A DNA stretch of 64,000 nt, from the NCBI GenBank assembly GCA_036679645.1, contig JAZDCY010000041.1, forward strand, positions 134-64,133. The letters run 5' to 3'. The notes under the pieces were generated by a model. That model did not search any database. It saw only the letters and a program-made list of their open reading frames with translations, and was not told the DNA's origin. The translations under genes were made by a program, and so were the position numbers. Position 1 is the stretch's first letter. Each line of letters starts with the position of its first letter. Of the stretch, positions 25,101-33,356 are shown one piece after another. Source of the DNA: Gemmatimonadota bacterium (GTDB lineage: Bacteria; Gemmatimonadota; Gemmatimonadetes; Gemmatimonadales; GWC2-71-9).

Positions 25101-28100
25101 CAGGCCGTGCTGCTGCACCCTGCCGCCACCGTATCGATCCCCTGGATGATGATCGAAGATGAGACGTTGAGGGCCCCGGAATAGGCGGTCGATGCGGCGG
25201 CAACGTATACCGTGTCGCCGGGATCCGCCGCGTCGATGGCGTTCTGGATTGCAGCGTACGGGGCCTTGATGGTCCCGAACCGCGGCGACGCGGGATTGTC
25301 CTTGTCGACGTAAATGGCGGTCGGGTTCTTGACCGCGACGATCGTCCCCGCGGAGGTGACCAGGCCGCTCGTCGCCGAGATCTCGACGGAGTCCGGCGTG
25401 AATGCCAGGGCCGTGATCGTGCCACTGCCGTCGACACTCACGAGCAAGTCGTCAGACGAGTTCCACGAAACGACGGCGCCGGGTATGGGGTCGCCCTGGA
25501 CGTTCAACACCGTCGCCGTGTACGTCAGCGTCTGCGTGGTGGCGGTCAGCGTGTCGCGCGTCGAATTGAGGGTCACCTGATCCGGCTGATTCTCCACCGT
25601 CACGAGAATGGAGTCGCGCAGGTTGACGTTCGCGGGGCTCACCGCCTTGATGAACGTGGTCCCGGCCGCCTGCGCCGTCACCTCGCCGTCGGTGCTGACC
25701 GTCGCCACTGTCCCATTGCTGGTGATCCAGTTGGCTGCACTCGGGGTGAGCACGTCGTTGTTACCGTTCCGGAAGTTGGTCCCAGGCGTGAACACGGCGC
25801 CGATGCTGGTCAGCGTCGTGTCGACCGAGGTGATGTCCAGGATCACCGGATCGTTGCTCACCGAGACCGTAATCTGGGCCTCGACGCTGTCCGGACCCGC
25901 GCCGACGAGTACCTGGGCGAACAGGGTCGCGGTACCGGTACCCGCAGCCGTGATCAGACCGGCGTCGATCGTGGATGTGGCAGGCACGGTCACGACACCG
26001 GCGTCGTTCGTGCTCCAGAAGATTTCGGAGCCCGGAATGGGATTGCCAAGGTCATTGCGCACCGTGGCCGTGACGGTCGACGCATCGCCGACGAAGCCAA
26101 GGGAAAGCGCGGTCGGTGACAGCGTCATCGTGGCCGCGTTGTTCTGCACTACCAGTGTGGCCAGCGACACGACCGCGGGCGTGCCCGTCACCGCCGCCGT
26201 GATTGTAACCGTTCCCGTACTGATGGCGGTCGCGAGACCCACCGGCGAGATCGTTGCGACAGCACTGTCGGTGGATCCCCATGTGATCCCGGTCCCGCTG
26301 ATCTCTCCGCCCGCGGCGTTCACGACGGTAGCCGAGAAGGCGAGCGTCCGGCCGACCGCCGTGAGGGTCGCCGAACCCGGCGCCAGCAGGACGGCATCGG
26401 GCGCGTTGGTCACCGTGACCACGATCGACGAGGTCAGCGTCGGGTTGAACGGACTCGTGATCGTGATCGTCGCGCTCCCGACGCCGGCCGCCGCCACGAC
26501 ACCGTCCCCTGAGACGGTTGCGACGCTCGTGGCACCGCTCTCCCAGAGCACCGCGTTTCGTGGTAGCGCGCCGCCGGTCCCGCCGGGGCCGTTGGTGATC
26601 GTCGCCCCGGGACTGTACGCGTCACCAATACTGGCGAGGGTCGTGTCGACCGACGTAAGCAGCACCGTTTGCGGTGCGTCGGCGACGGTAATGAAGGCCG
26701 AGGTGCCAACCGAATCCAGGGACGGATTGGTCCAGGCGACGATTTGCGCAGCGCCCGTATTGGTGAGCGATGCCGTGACGAGCCCGTTGGCGTCGACCGT
26801 CGCGATCGTCAGGTTCAGCGACGCCCAGTTGACGAGCGAGTCCGGCACCTGAGCGCCCAGCTCGTTGGGAGCGGACGCCGTGAGCTGAAGTTGCGCGCCG
26901 AGATTCTCGATCGTGTCCTGCGCCGGTGAGATACTGATCGACTGGGCGTTGTTGGTCACCACCAGCACGGAGCTGTCGGCAAGACCGTTCGCCGTCGTGC
27001 CGACGATCAGCGTCGTGTCGATGTCCTTCGCACTCCCCACGCCGGCAACACTCATCGTCGCCACGCGCGGGACCGTCGAGGACCATGTCACCGGCGCACC
27101 CGGAATGAGCCCCCCGGCGGCATTGCGTACCTCCGCCGCAAACGGCAGCGTGAGACCCACGGCCGTCAACGTGTCCCGCGTCCGATCGAGTACGATCGAC
27201 GCCGGCGCGTTGGTCACGGTCACCGTGATCGACGAGGTGAGCGTCCCGTCAAATGGGCTCGTGGCGGTGATAACCGCGTCGCCCGCGGCCTTGGCCGTCA
27301 CGAGTCCGGTTCCGGAGACGCTCACGATGTTCGGGTCGGCCGTCGACCAATCGACGGTCCCACGCCCGAGCGGAACACCGAGCCCATCCTGGATCGTGAT
27401 CCCCGGCAAGTAGCTATCATCGACGCTCGCGAGCGTCGTGTCACCAGAGGTGAACAGAACGACGGTCGGCTCCTTGTTGACCGTCACGAGGATCGACGCC
27501 GTCACACCATCGACCGTTGCCGAGACGGTCGCCGAGCCTTCACCGACCGCCGTCAGCAGACCGCTCACCCCGGTGCCCGACACGGTGACGATCCCACTCG
27601 GCACTGCTGTCCACGTCACCGTCGGACTGGGGATCGGGTTGCCCAACTCGTTCAACACGGTCGCCGTCAGGGTCTGCGTTTCGCCGATACTCCCCAACGT
27701 GGCGAACGTCGGAGAAATGGTCACGCTGTTGGCGTCGTTGGTGACGTTCAGTATCGCGGTGTCAGCTACCCCTCCCGCCGTGCCGATGATAAAGGCCGAG
27801 CCAACCCCCACCGCGGTAGCCAGCGCCGTGGAGGGTCCGGTCGAGGAGATCGTGGCTACAGCGGAGTCGGAGGATCCCCAGCCGACCGTGTCCGCTATGA
27901 TGCCCGCGCGCGCGTTGCGCACGGTCGCGACGTAGGCCTGCGTACGCTCCAGCGACGTCAGCGTATTGACGGTCTGTAGCACGTCGATTGAGGCAGGAGC
28001 ATCGGTCACGGTGACCGTGACCTGGTCGACTTGGCCCGGGTTGAACGGGTTCGTGGCACGAATGATCGCGTCGCCTCGGCCCCTCGCAGTTATGACCCCT

Positions 28101-29773
28101 ACTTCTGTGACCGTCGCGACCGCCCCATTGTCCGTGCTCCAGTCCACGGCGTCGCGTGAGAGCATGCCTCCCCGTGAGTTCAAGATAGTGACGGCAGGGA
28201 TCCAGATATCTTGGGCACTGGCGAGCGTCGTATCCGTGGGTATGATGTCGACGGTCGCCGGCTGATCGACCGTCGCGACAACCGCCGTGTCGGCGATGGT
28301 CGTCGAATTGACGGTCGCGATGATACGCACTGTGCCAACCAACAGCGTGGTCGCGAGCCCGGTATTGTCGACGATCTGGACGATGTCGGGAAGGAGCGAC
28401 CGCCAGCTCACAGAAGCTTCGGGCACCGAATCCCCGCGGCCGTTGCGCACCGTCGCCGTGAACTGGACCGAGTCTCCCACGGTCTCGATGACCGCGGTGT
28501 CAGGTGTGATGGTCACGGTGCGCGGTTGATTCGTCACGAACACGAAGACGGTATCCGTGGCCAGATCCAGCTTGGCTTCGATGACCGTGTTCCCGACTGT
28601 GAGAGCGCGCACGACGCCATCTGGGTCCACCACCTGCGCGACGGACGAGTTGCTCGAGGACCACGTGGGCTTCGCACCAATGTCCGCGCCTTCGCTGTCG
28701 AGCGCGCGCGCACCGAACACCACCTCTTCCTGGAGCGAGGTGATTCTCACCGTGTCTAACCCGATGATCTCGATCGTCTGCGCCCTTTGATCGACCGACA
28801 CGGGGAGAGTGCCGACAACCGTGCCCGCCGTCGCAGTCACGGACGTCTGCCCGTTCGACACGGCGGTGATGGTGCCCGACGACGGGTTAACCGTCGCTAT
28901 CGCCGGGTCCAAGCTCAGCCACGTCGGCGTGGGAGCAGCACCTCCCGGAATGACGTTTCCGCGGGAGTCGATCGGCGTCACGCCGATGGTCACGGTGGCG
29001 GTGAGCGCTGCGATCTCGGCAATCGGCTGGTCGAACAGGAAACTGGAGAGGACCTGCGAGACCACGACGGCCACGCTCGCGGTGTCGTCATCGACGATGG
29101 CGTAGACGGTGGCCACCCCGTTGCGCCGCGAGACGATGCGGCCCGCTGCATCGACTGTCGCGACCGAGTCGCTCGTGGACTCCCACGCGATCGTCGTGTT
29201 GGCTATTGCAGCCCCGAGCGCATCGAGCGCGTCACCTCGGACCACGAGCGTGTCGGTCAGACTCGCGAAGACAGCCGTGGCGGTGTCGAGCGTGACCCGA
29301 TCAGCAACAGCGCGCACCGGCTGCTCGAAGAACGGTCGCTCGTCACCAAGCGTGGCGCCGATGAGCGAGATCCGTAACGTGGCGCGCCCGCGCCCCACGA
29401 CGCGCAGCGAGTCGCCGTCGGGCGTGATGAGGACGACCCCGTTATCGGACGACGAGAGCTGGATGCGAGGCTCGGATTGTGCCGTCCCGTCCACCGTCAC
29501 CGAGATGGACGGGGCGATGATTGTGCCCACGACGAGCGTCGTATCGGACGTGAAGGTGATTACGATACCCGAGATTCCGGGTTCGGACAGCAGATCACAG
29601 GTCGAGAGGATGCCGGCCAGGCCAGCCACGCCTACCAGCCGCGCGACGAGTCGCGCGCGCGGAGGAACCACCGCGTTGATCCGCTTCATCGGGCCTCGAT
29701 CCGCCGGGCTGTTGAAGCGACCCACCACCTGCATCGCTCTCGCAGCCAACGACCATAACTCATTGTTTGCCAA
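22151..29773 (-). CDS. giant (2540 aa) cell-surface protein: N-terminal signal/anchor, about 15 Big_2-like Ig domains, a right-handed beta-helix module, and Big_1/invasin-like domains including 5 near-identical C-terminal repeats
   Basis: Single uninterrupted 7.6-kb ORF. Recurrent ...W.SS...VATV...G.VTA...G.A.I.A... modules. Beta-helix segment IYVDKDNPASPRFGTIKAPYAAIQNAIDAADPGDTVYVAA...GVRIQNVT...GVRLDNVTGMRIDSVVI... C-terminal VTARD.FGN...YTGTV.F.S.D...LPANY.FTGGDAGIH.F repeats. An alternative start at M29 (29689, MKRINAVVPP...) has a GAGG 5 nt upstream. Confidence 0.9.
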   Translation of the reverse strand: MANNELWSLAARAMQVVGRFNSPADRGPMKRINAVVPPRARLVARLVGVAGLAGILSTCDLLSEPGISGIVITFTSDTTLVVGTIIAPSISVTVDGTAQSEPRIQLSSSDNGVVLITPDGDSLRVVGRGRATLRISLIGATLGDERPFFEQPVRAVADRVTLDTATAVFASLTDTLVVRGDALDALGAAIANTTIAWESTSDSVATVDAAGRIVSRRNGVATVYAIVDDDTASVAVVVSQVLSSFLFDQPIAEIAALTATVTIGVTPIDSRGNVIPGGAAPTPTWLSLDPAIATVNPSSGTITAVSNGQTSVTATAGTVVGTLPVSVDQRAQTIEIIGLDTVRITSLQEEVVFGARALDSEGADIGAKPTWSSSNSSVAQVVDPDGVVRALTVGNTVIEAKLDLATDTVFVFVTNQPRTVTITPDTAVIETVGDSVQFTATVRNGRGDSVPEASVSWRSLLPDIVQIVDNTGLATTLLVGTVRIIATVNSTTIADTAVVATVDQPATVDIIPTDTTLASAQDIWIPAVTILNSRGGMLSRDAVDWSTDNGAVATVTEVGVITARGRGDAIIRATNPFNPGQVDQVTVTVTDAPASIDVLQTVNTLTSLERTQAYVATVRNARAGIIADTVGWGSSDSAVATISSTGPSTALATAVGVGSAFIIGTAGGVADTAILNVTNDANSVTISPTFATLGSIGETQTLTATVLNELGNPIPSPTVTWTAVPSGIVTVSGTGVSGLLTAVGEGSATVSATVDGVTASILVTVNKEPTVVLFTSGDTTLASVDDSYLPGITIQDGLGVPLGRGTVDWSTADPNIVSVSGTGLVTAKAAGDAVITATSPFDGTLTSSITVTVTNAPASIVLDRTRDTLTAVGLTLPFAAEVRNAAGGLIPGAPVTWSSTVPRVATMSVAGVGSAKDIDTTLIVGTTANGLADSSVLVVTNNAQSISISPAQDTIENLGAQLQLTASAPNELGAQVPDSLVNWASLNLTIATVDANGLVTASLTNTGAAQIVAWTNPSLDSVGTSAFITVADAPQTVLLTSVDTTLASIGDAYSPGATITNGPGGTGGALPRNAVLWESGATSVATVSGDGVVAAAGVGSATITITSPFNPTLTSSIVVTVTNAPDAVLLAPGSATLTAVGRTLAFSATVVNAAGGEISGTGITWGSTDSAVATISPVGLATAISTGTVTITAAVTGTPAVVSLATLVVQNNAATMTLSPTALSLGFVGDASTVTATVRNDLGNPIPGSEIFWSTNDAGVVTVPATSTIDAGLITAAGTGTATLFAQVLVGAGPDSVEAQITVSVSNDPVILDITSVDTTLTSIGAVFTPGTNFRNGNNDVLTPSAANWITSNGTVATVSTDGEVTAQAAGTTFIKAVSPANVNLRDSILVTVENQPDQVTLNSTRDTLTATTQTLTYTATVLNVQGDPIPGAVVSWNSSDDLLVSVDGSGTITALAFTPDSVEISATSGLVTSAGTIVAVKNPTAIYVDKDNPASPRFGTIKAPYAAIQNAIDAADPGDTVYVAAASTAYSGALNVSSSIIIQGIDTVAAGCSSTACATPTALPTIRYNSGPQGITAPSFTTVTLRHLAFQHAAGGPAVSTDGATVNLEFFYVNPAGPPTIRGRGVRIQNVTVTGSGLIRRSVIQHVNGYGVRLDNVTGMRIDSVVITDVTSLAGVDVGAAVHVNGGSADSVMRNRMYLNNVGARFTAPTSLVLTANDIFDNDSLGAADLPGDNGHLNNWWGDGRGPRRDLTTFTSSADSAATGDSVVFVGVFTPTYTGNVQLAPTYPASGGPVVTLRSVRGDGQVRAVIGTVPFALTARTVDADQRPINTAGVTFTITVNCDAGQGPRDDINDDGPKSCGPLVVTTNTDGLAETTLGLGNADGTRTISTTSGAGSTTFAVTKFSTVDPTKTQIDVSAGQVVANGVSTSIVTVTLFDATNTQLPNGGDGVELFTTAGSLGAITDNNDGTYTATLTSGTAAPVTATVTGAVNESTITDNATVNFVAGAAVSLDVTGISDPVTAGTSSGVTVTARDVNGNVDVAYTGTVAFTSSDVGAGVVLPANYLFTGGDAGIHVFPSGVTGVTLVTAGEQSVTATDNAVGSINGTQSAITVNPDVTASLGVTGISDPIGAGVPSDVTVTARDLFGNVTPAYTGTVTFSSVDVDVAVVLPANYTFTGGDAGIHVFSGGVELVTLGEQSVTATDNAVGTINGTQSAITVVAGPAVSLDVTGISDPVTAGASSGVTVTARDEFGNVATGYTGTVAFTSSDVGASVVLPANYLFTGGDAGIHVFPSGVTGVTVVTAGEQSVTATDNAVGSINGTQSAITVNPDATASLGVTGISDPIGAGVPSNVTVTARDQFGNVTPAYTGTVTFSSSDVDVAVVLPANYTFTGGDAGIHSFSGGVELVTLGEQSVTATDNAAGTINGTQSAITVVAGPAVSLDVTGISDPLTAGATSDVIVTARDQFGNVATGYTGTIVFTTTDPGAVVLPGDFTFVTGDAGVHLFAAGVTLQTPGEQTVTATDTLDLTINGTQTAITVP
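22154..23749 (-). repeat. intragenic tandem repeat: five modules of 102-108 codons in A-B-A-B-A' order, A+B super-unit 645 bp, long stretches near-identical at DNA level
   Basis: Protein repeats read directly. Shadow ORFs 22368-22610 and 23004-23255 (and 22719-22937 vs 23301-23582) on the opposite strand give almost identical peptides with ends offset by exactly 645 nt. Confidence 0.9.
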
Positions 29774-30135
29774 CCGCTTATGGCCTCATACGTCGCTCGG
29801 CCTCTGCGTGCGCTCGGCATGGTTCCCGTGCAGTGGGGTGTCTACAGTACTCCGCCCGGTCCATTTCGCAAGGAGTGCGCCAAACGAGGGCAAGTGGGGA
29901 TGGGAAGCGGGGTTAGCGGATTTGGGACGGGGCCAGTCGCGTATTCGCGCCCGTCGCCTGCATTGATTTGATCACGGGAAGAGGCCGAGCGTAGATTATC
30001 GTTGGGACATGCCGGTAACGGCCAAAGCTGTCGCGCGAATTCTGCGACCGGTTCGGCGACGAGGTTGTCGACGAGCTGGTGGGGTCCGCTTGCCGCCCGC
30101 CGCGCACCCCGTGCCGGTGTATATTCGTGACCCCG

Positions 30136-30218
30136 GCCCGAGTGGTGGAATGGCAGACACGCGGGACTCAAAATCCCGTGCCGGCAACGGCGTGAGAGTT
30201 CGACCCTCTCCTCGGGCA
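30136..30218 (+). tRNA. tRNA-Leu (anticodon CAA), type II with long variable arm; CCA not encoded
   Basis: Acceptor GCCCGAG/CTCGGGC plus discriminator A. Anticodon stem CGGGA/TCCCG with loop CT-CAA-AA. Variable arm TGCCGGCAACGGCGT. T-arm GAGAG-TTCGACC-CTCTC. Confidence 0.9.
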
Positions 30219-30342
30219 CTGTCGCAGCACAACGAGTTGGGGCCGTACACGCCGAGACGCCTCCTTCACGATCACTTCACGGTCATAATCCGCCTGCGGT
30301 GTACGTTGCATGGGTAGATACGTGCATTCGAGGTAGTCGGCC

Positions 30343-30840
30343 ATGTGGAAGACCATGGTGCGGTCGCTACTATCCCTCACGCTCGTCGTGGCGGCCACCT
30401 CCTGTCTGTTTCCCTCAGAGCCAGTTGGGCAGCTTGACCTGTCCATCAGTCTGGGCTCCAACCGCATGCGTCCCGATTCTGGGATACTCGTCCGGGTCGA
30501 AGCGACCAACCGCACTCCCCGGGTTGTGCGTTTGAAGACGAGTGGAGGCTGCGTCGTCAGTTTCGGCGTCATAGCGCCCAACGACGCCGACGTGGCCCCT
30601 CGCTTTGCCTGCGCGAGCATTCTCGAGCCTCTTGACATCGCCCCGGGCGAGGCGGTCGTCAGGGAGCATCTCCTGCTACCCACTCCGCGCCTTGACCGGG
30701 TCCGCGGGGCGATTCGGTGGCCCGCCGGGACCTATCAGGTCATCGGGTATCTGATCGGCGAGCAGACGCAGATCGTGCGCCGGACTGAGCCGGTCGAGTT
30801 CGAGTTGGTGTGTCGCGACCCGTCGTGGACGGAGTGCTAG
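30343..30840 (+). CDS. hypothetical lipoprotein
   Basis: MWKTMVRSLLSLTLVVAATSC (signal peptide plus lipobox-like VAATSC). 165 aa, beta-rich; no family recognised. Confidence 0.55.
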   Translation: MWKTMVRSLLSLTLVVAATSCLFPSEPVGQLDLSISLGSNRMRPDSGILVRVEATNRTPRVVRLKTSGGCVVSFGVIAPNDADVAPRFACASILEPLDIAPGEAVVREHLLLPTPRLDRVRGAIRWPAGTYQVIGYLIGEQTQIVRRTEPVEFELVCRDPSWTEC

Positions 30841-30917
30841 ATCTGGGGACTTCCAACTCGCGGACGCGGGCAGCACGCTCGAGACCTGCACCGGGCGCCG
30901 TAGGATGGAGATCTGAG

Positions 30918-31466
30918 TTAGTACCTCTTGTGCCCCACCCGCGCGTGCCCAAAAGACGCGCCGAGCGGAACAGTTACGGCGAAGGCGAGGCCGCCCAGGA
31001 GCCCCGGCCCGATGTCGCAGCTCCCCGGATCGTCGAGCGAATCACCGCCCAACTCACAGGCCGTCAGTAGTATGGCCACCCCAACCGCCGCTCCCACGAG
31101 GCCACCCAGTGCCGTTCCTGTGGGTCGTAACCCCTCGCGAGCGTTCGTAACCAGTCCAACACCGATAAGCGATCCAGCAACGTAGGCCGCTACGGGTGGC
31201 GCGGTTGACGCCCCGGTATCCGGCTGGAGAGCACGCACCGCCAGAAGTGCTAGGAGCCCACCGCCGACACCCCACAGGGTGCGTTCGACACCGGTCGATG
31301 CGCGCCGCGTAGGTCCCTGGAGGACGAGCTGGTTTGGCAAAGTGCTGACCGACCCAGCGGTCGCAGGATGTACTGTCGCCGGCAATCGCTGCGCAGCGGC
31401 AGGCGCTGTCAGGGCCGCAAAGATAGCGGTGACGACGATTCCGAAGGCGAGTCTAGAAGTTCGCAT
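30918..31466 (-). CDS. hypothetical secreted/membrane protein with glycine-zipper segments
   Basis: Signal peptide MRTSRLAFGIVVTAIFAALTAPAAAQ. GVGGGLLALLAV, GSLIGVGLV, GGLVGAAVGVAILL. Confidence 0.5.
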   Translation of the reverse strand: MRTSRLAFGIVVTAIFAALTAPAAAQRLPATVHPATAGSVSTLPNQLVLQGPTRRASTGVERTLWGVGGGLLALLAVRALQPDTGASTAPPVAAYVAGSLIGVGLVTNAREGLRPTGTALGGLVGAAVGVAILLTACELGGDSLDDPGSCDIGPGLLGGLAFAVTVPLGASFGHARVGHKRY

Positions 31467-31940
31467 AGATCGAACTGGTCAGTACTTGTCAGCATGGGCA
31501 TGCTCCCACCGTTAGAACTAAACCCCTGCCACCCGCTGAAGGTAATCGAGGTCCACATGCACTCAAGGGCGCTCGGGTCCACGCTTGCGCTCCCGCTAAA
31601 GGCCACCGCACAATCGGTCAGCGGCGCGGCGTCGCTGCCTATGTTTTGCTGGGTGAACGTGACGGGATAGACGAAGTCGATGTTGTTGAACTCGCAGTGT
31701 TCCAATTCGATGAACACAAAAGTCACACCACTGTTGCACGCGGCCTGCGCCGGGTAGTGGGCATGCTTCTTCTCGGCAACCCACACGACTTGCGAAGCGA
31801 TTCGGTTGGCTCAACGAATACGAGTTGTTCTACGACGCATTCTCCGGCATCGTACACCCACGTCGGCGAGTGTTGAGCACTGGCCAACCAACCGCTGCCA
31901 TCAGGCATCCGAGCAGCACGACGACACGAGACTTCACTTG
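31409..31940 (-). pseudogene. decayed gene for a Cys-rich secreted/lipoprotein-like protein (at least two frame changes), in a low-GC patch
   Basis: Own translation: GTG at 31940 gives MKSRVVVLLGCLMAAVGW (signal peptide/lipobox LLGC), which stops after 33 codons. The next frame gives ...LASAQHSPTWVYDAGECVVEQLVFVEP... A third frame (ORF 31409-31786) gives WVAEKKHAHYPAQAACNSGVTFVFIELEHCEFNN...CAVAFSGSASVDPSALECMW... Confidence 0.35.
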
Positions 31941-32154
31941 TCGATAAACCCGGCGTCGTCTCTGAGAATGAGGCGATACGTCGTAGGCGGAGGGCGCGGA
32001 GTCTTGGTCAACACCGCTCGCCGACGGTCGTGACCATGCCCCAATAGTACGCCCGCGACAACCGAGGCGCCAATACCCCGCCGCTTCCCGTACAGACATA
32101 AGAAAAGGGCGATCCCGAAAGGAATCGCCCTAATGTTAGCCGCTACGCCGGTTG

Positions 32155-32439
32155 CTAGTACACGCGTCGCAAGAATACGGTGGGTGCGCTCGTACCCAGG
32201 TGCGGCTTGGCCATCGCCGCTGGAACCGTTCCCAACGGACTCCCGTCGAGATCCACCAAACAGTAATCCTTCACGGCGCCTTCCGTCGCTACCCGCACGG
32301 CGCGCCGTACGATCTCTGCCGCGCGCGCAATCTGTCTCGGGACGGCGAGGCACGTGCCCGAGTTGAAAGCGTCATCTAACGCATAGCTGAAAGCCGTCAC
32401 GTTGTCCCTCCCTTTCTGAATGATCCCCTCTTTATCCAT
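32155..32439 (-). CDS. hypothetical protein (94 aa)
   Basis: ATG 32439 gives MDKEGIIQKGRDNVTAFSYALDDAFNSGTCLAVPRQIARAAEIVRRAVRVATEGAVKDYCLVDLDGSPLG... Third-position GC bias is consistent with coding. No family recognised. Confidence 0.4.
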   Translation of the reverse strand: MDKEGIIQKGRDNVTAFSYALDDAFNSGTCLAVPRQIARAAEIVRRAVRVATEGAVKDYCLVDLDGSPLGTVPAAMAKPHLGTSAPTVFLRRVY

Positions 32440-32558
32440 AACGGCACCGTGCACGCAAAAGTTGCGCGCTCATACTGTTGGATGTGTCATGCGCTCCATT
32501 GGTTGCACTACGGTTCCAATCGAAACGGCACGACACTGGGTTCCGTAGGGTTCCCTTG

Positions 32559-33245
32559 ATGGAACTTGCTCCCGAGCAACCGTTCGCGACGCCCGCGCCG
32601 CCAAAGAAGAAGCGACGGCTCACCGTTGGCCGCTTGCTGGCAATTGGAATCCTGGGTGTCGTGATTGCCCTCCTCCCGTTCGTCGCACTGGTCCGGTCAG
32701 CGGTGATGCTGTACGCGCAGCGTGGGCTTCCAACGTGGCTCGCTATCGTAGCCGCTCTCGGCATCACCGCCGGCATCCTCACCGCCTACGCCGGCCTCGC
32801 ATCGTTGCTGTTCACCGGGAAGGTCCACCTCGGCGCGGCCTTCAAGTGGATCGCCATTCCACTCGTCACGCTCTACGCCGGGTACACGCTCGTCTATCTC
32901 TCGAGCGAGAACGCGAAGTCGGAGGAGGTACGCGCGTACTACCGGGCCCTGCACCCGGTCTTGCGCACCGCGGTCGCGACCCTGATTCTGGCCGACCGGG
33001 ATCTGGTCATCACGGATATGTCGCGCACACCAGAGCAGTATCGAGCCATGGGACTCCCCGCCGCGGAGGCGTCGACGCACTACACCCAGGCCACCGGCTA
33101 CGTCCATGCTATCGACCTCAGAACCATCCGCCGGCCCGCATGGCGCAACTGGTTGGTCCGGAGCTACTTCCGCCTCATGGGGTTCCAGACCCTGCGCCAT
33201 GTGGGCACGGCCGACCACCTCCACGTCTCGCTCCCCGTTAGGTGA
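32559..33245 (+). CDS. membrane-anchored LAS/peptidase-M15-like zinc hydrolase (putative)
   Basis: ATG 32559 (MELAPEQ...), KKKRR, then about 4 hydrophobic helices. The C-terminal domain ITDMSRTPEQYRAMGLPAAEASTHYTQATGYVHAIDLRT ... GTADHLHVSL resembles the SGYR...S.H..G.A.D ... H.D motifs of M15/DUF882 peptidases. Confidence 0.5.
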   Translation: MELAPEQPFATPAPPKKKRRLTVGRLLAIGILGVVIALLPFVALVRSAVMLYAQRGLPTWLAIVAALGITAGILTAYAGLASLLFTGKVHLGAAFKWIAIPLVTLYAGYTLVYLSSENAKSEEVRAYYRALHPVLRTAVATLILADRDLVITDMSRTPEQYRAMGLPAAEASTHYTQATGYVHAIDLRTIRRPAWRNWLVRSYFRLMGFQTLRHVGTADHLHVSLPVR

Positions 33246-33356
33246 CCTGGGCCCTAGAAGATCTCCGTACAGCAGGTAATCTTCCGGTGCCCAACGTACG
33301 CTCCGCGGAGTCGTTCCACGGGAACGAGGGCGAGGACCTAGACCGCAGATACGCCT

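Noticed and set aside
29774-29960. GGGAAC on the minus strand (about 29822-29827) upstream of the giant gene, considered as an ECF-type -35 that would link the operon to the neighbouring sigma factor.
   Set aside because: No CGT(C)-like -10 lies at the required 16-17-nt spacing (the sequence there is AGAG). The link remains untested speculation.
30090-30125. TTGCCG ... TATATT considered as the sigma-70 promoter of tRNA-Leu.
   Set aside because: The TATATT box is well placed (about 10 nt before the tRNA 5' end). However, the only -35-like hexamer is 24 nt upstream, which is too far for a canonical 17-nt spacer. It was therefore not reported as a feature.
31934-32353. 139-aa minus-strand ORF overlapping the 94-aa ORF 32155-32439.
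   Set aside because: The N-terminal two-thirds is Arg/Gly-rich nonsense and overlaps the better-looking 94-aa ORF in another frame. Only a short hydrophobic C-terminal piece (IPFGIALFLCLYG...) looks protein-like, which is insufficient to call a gene.
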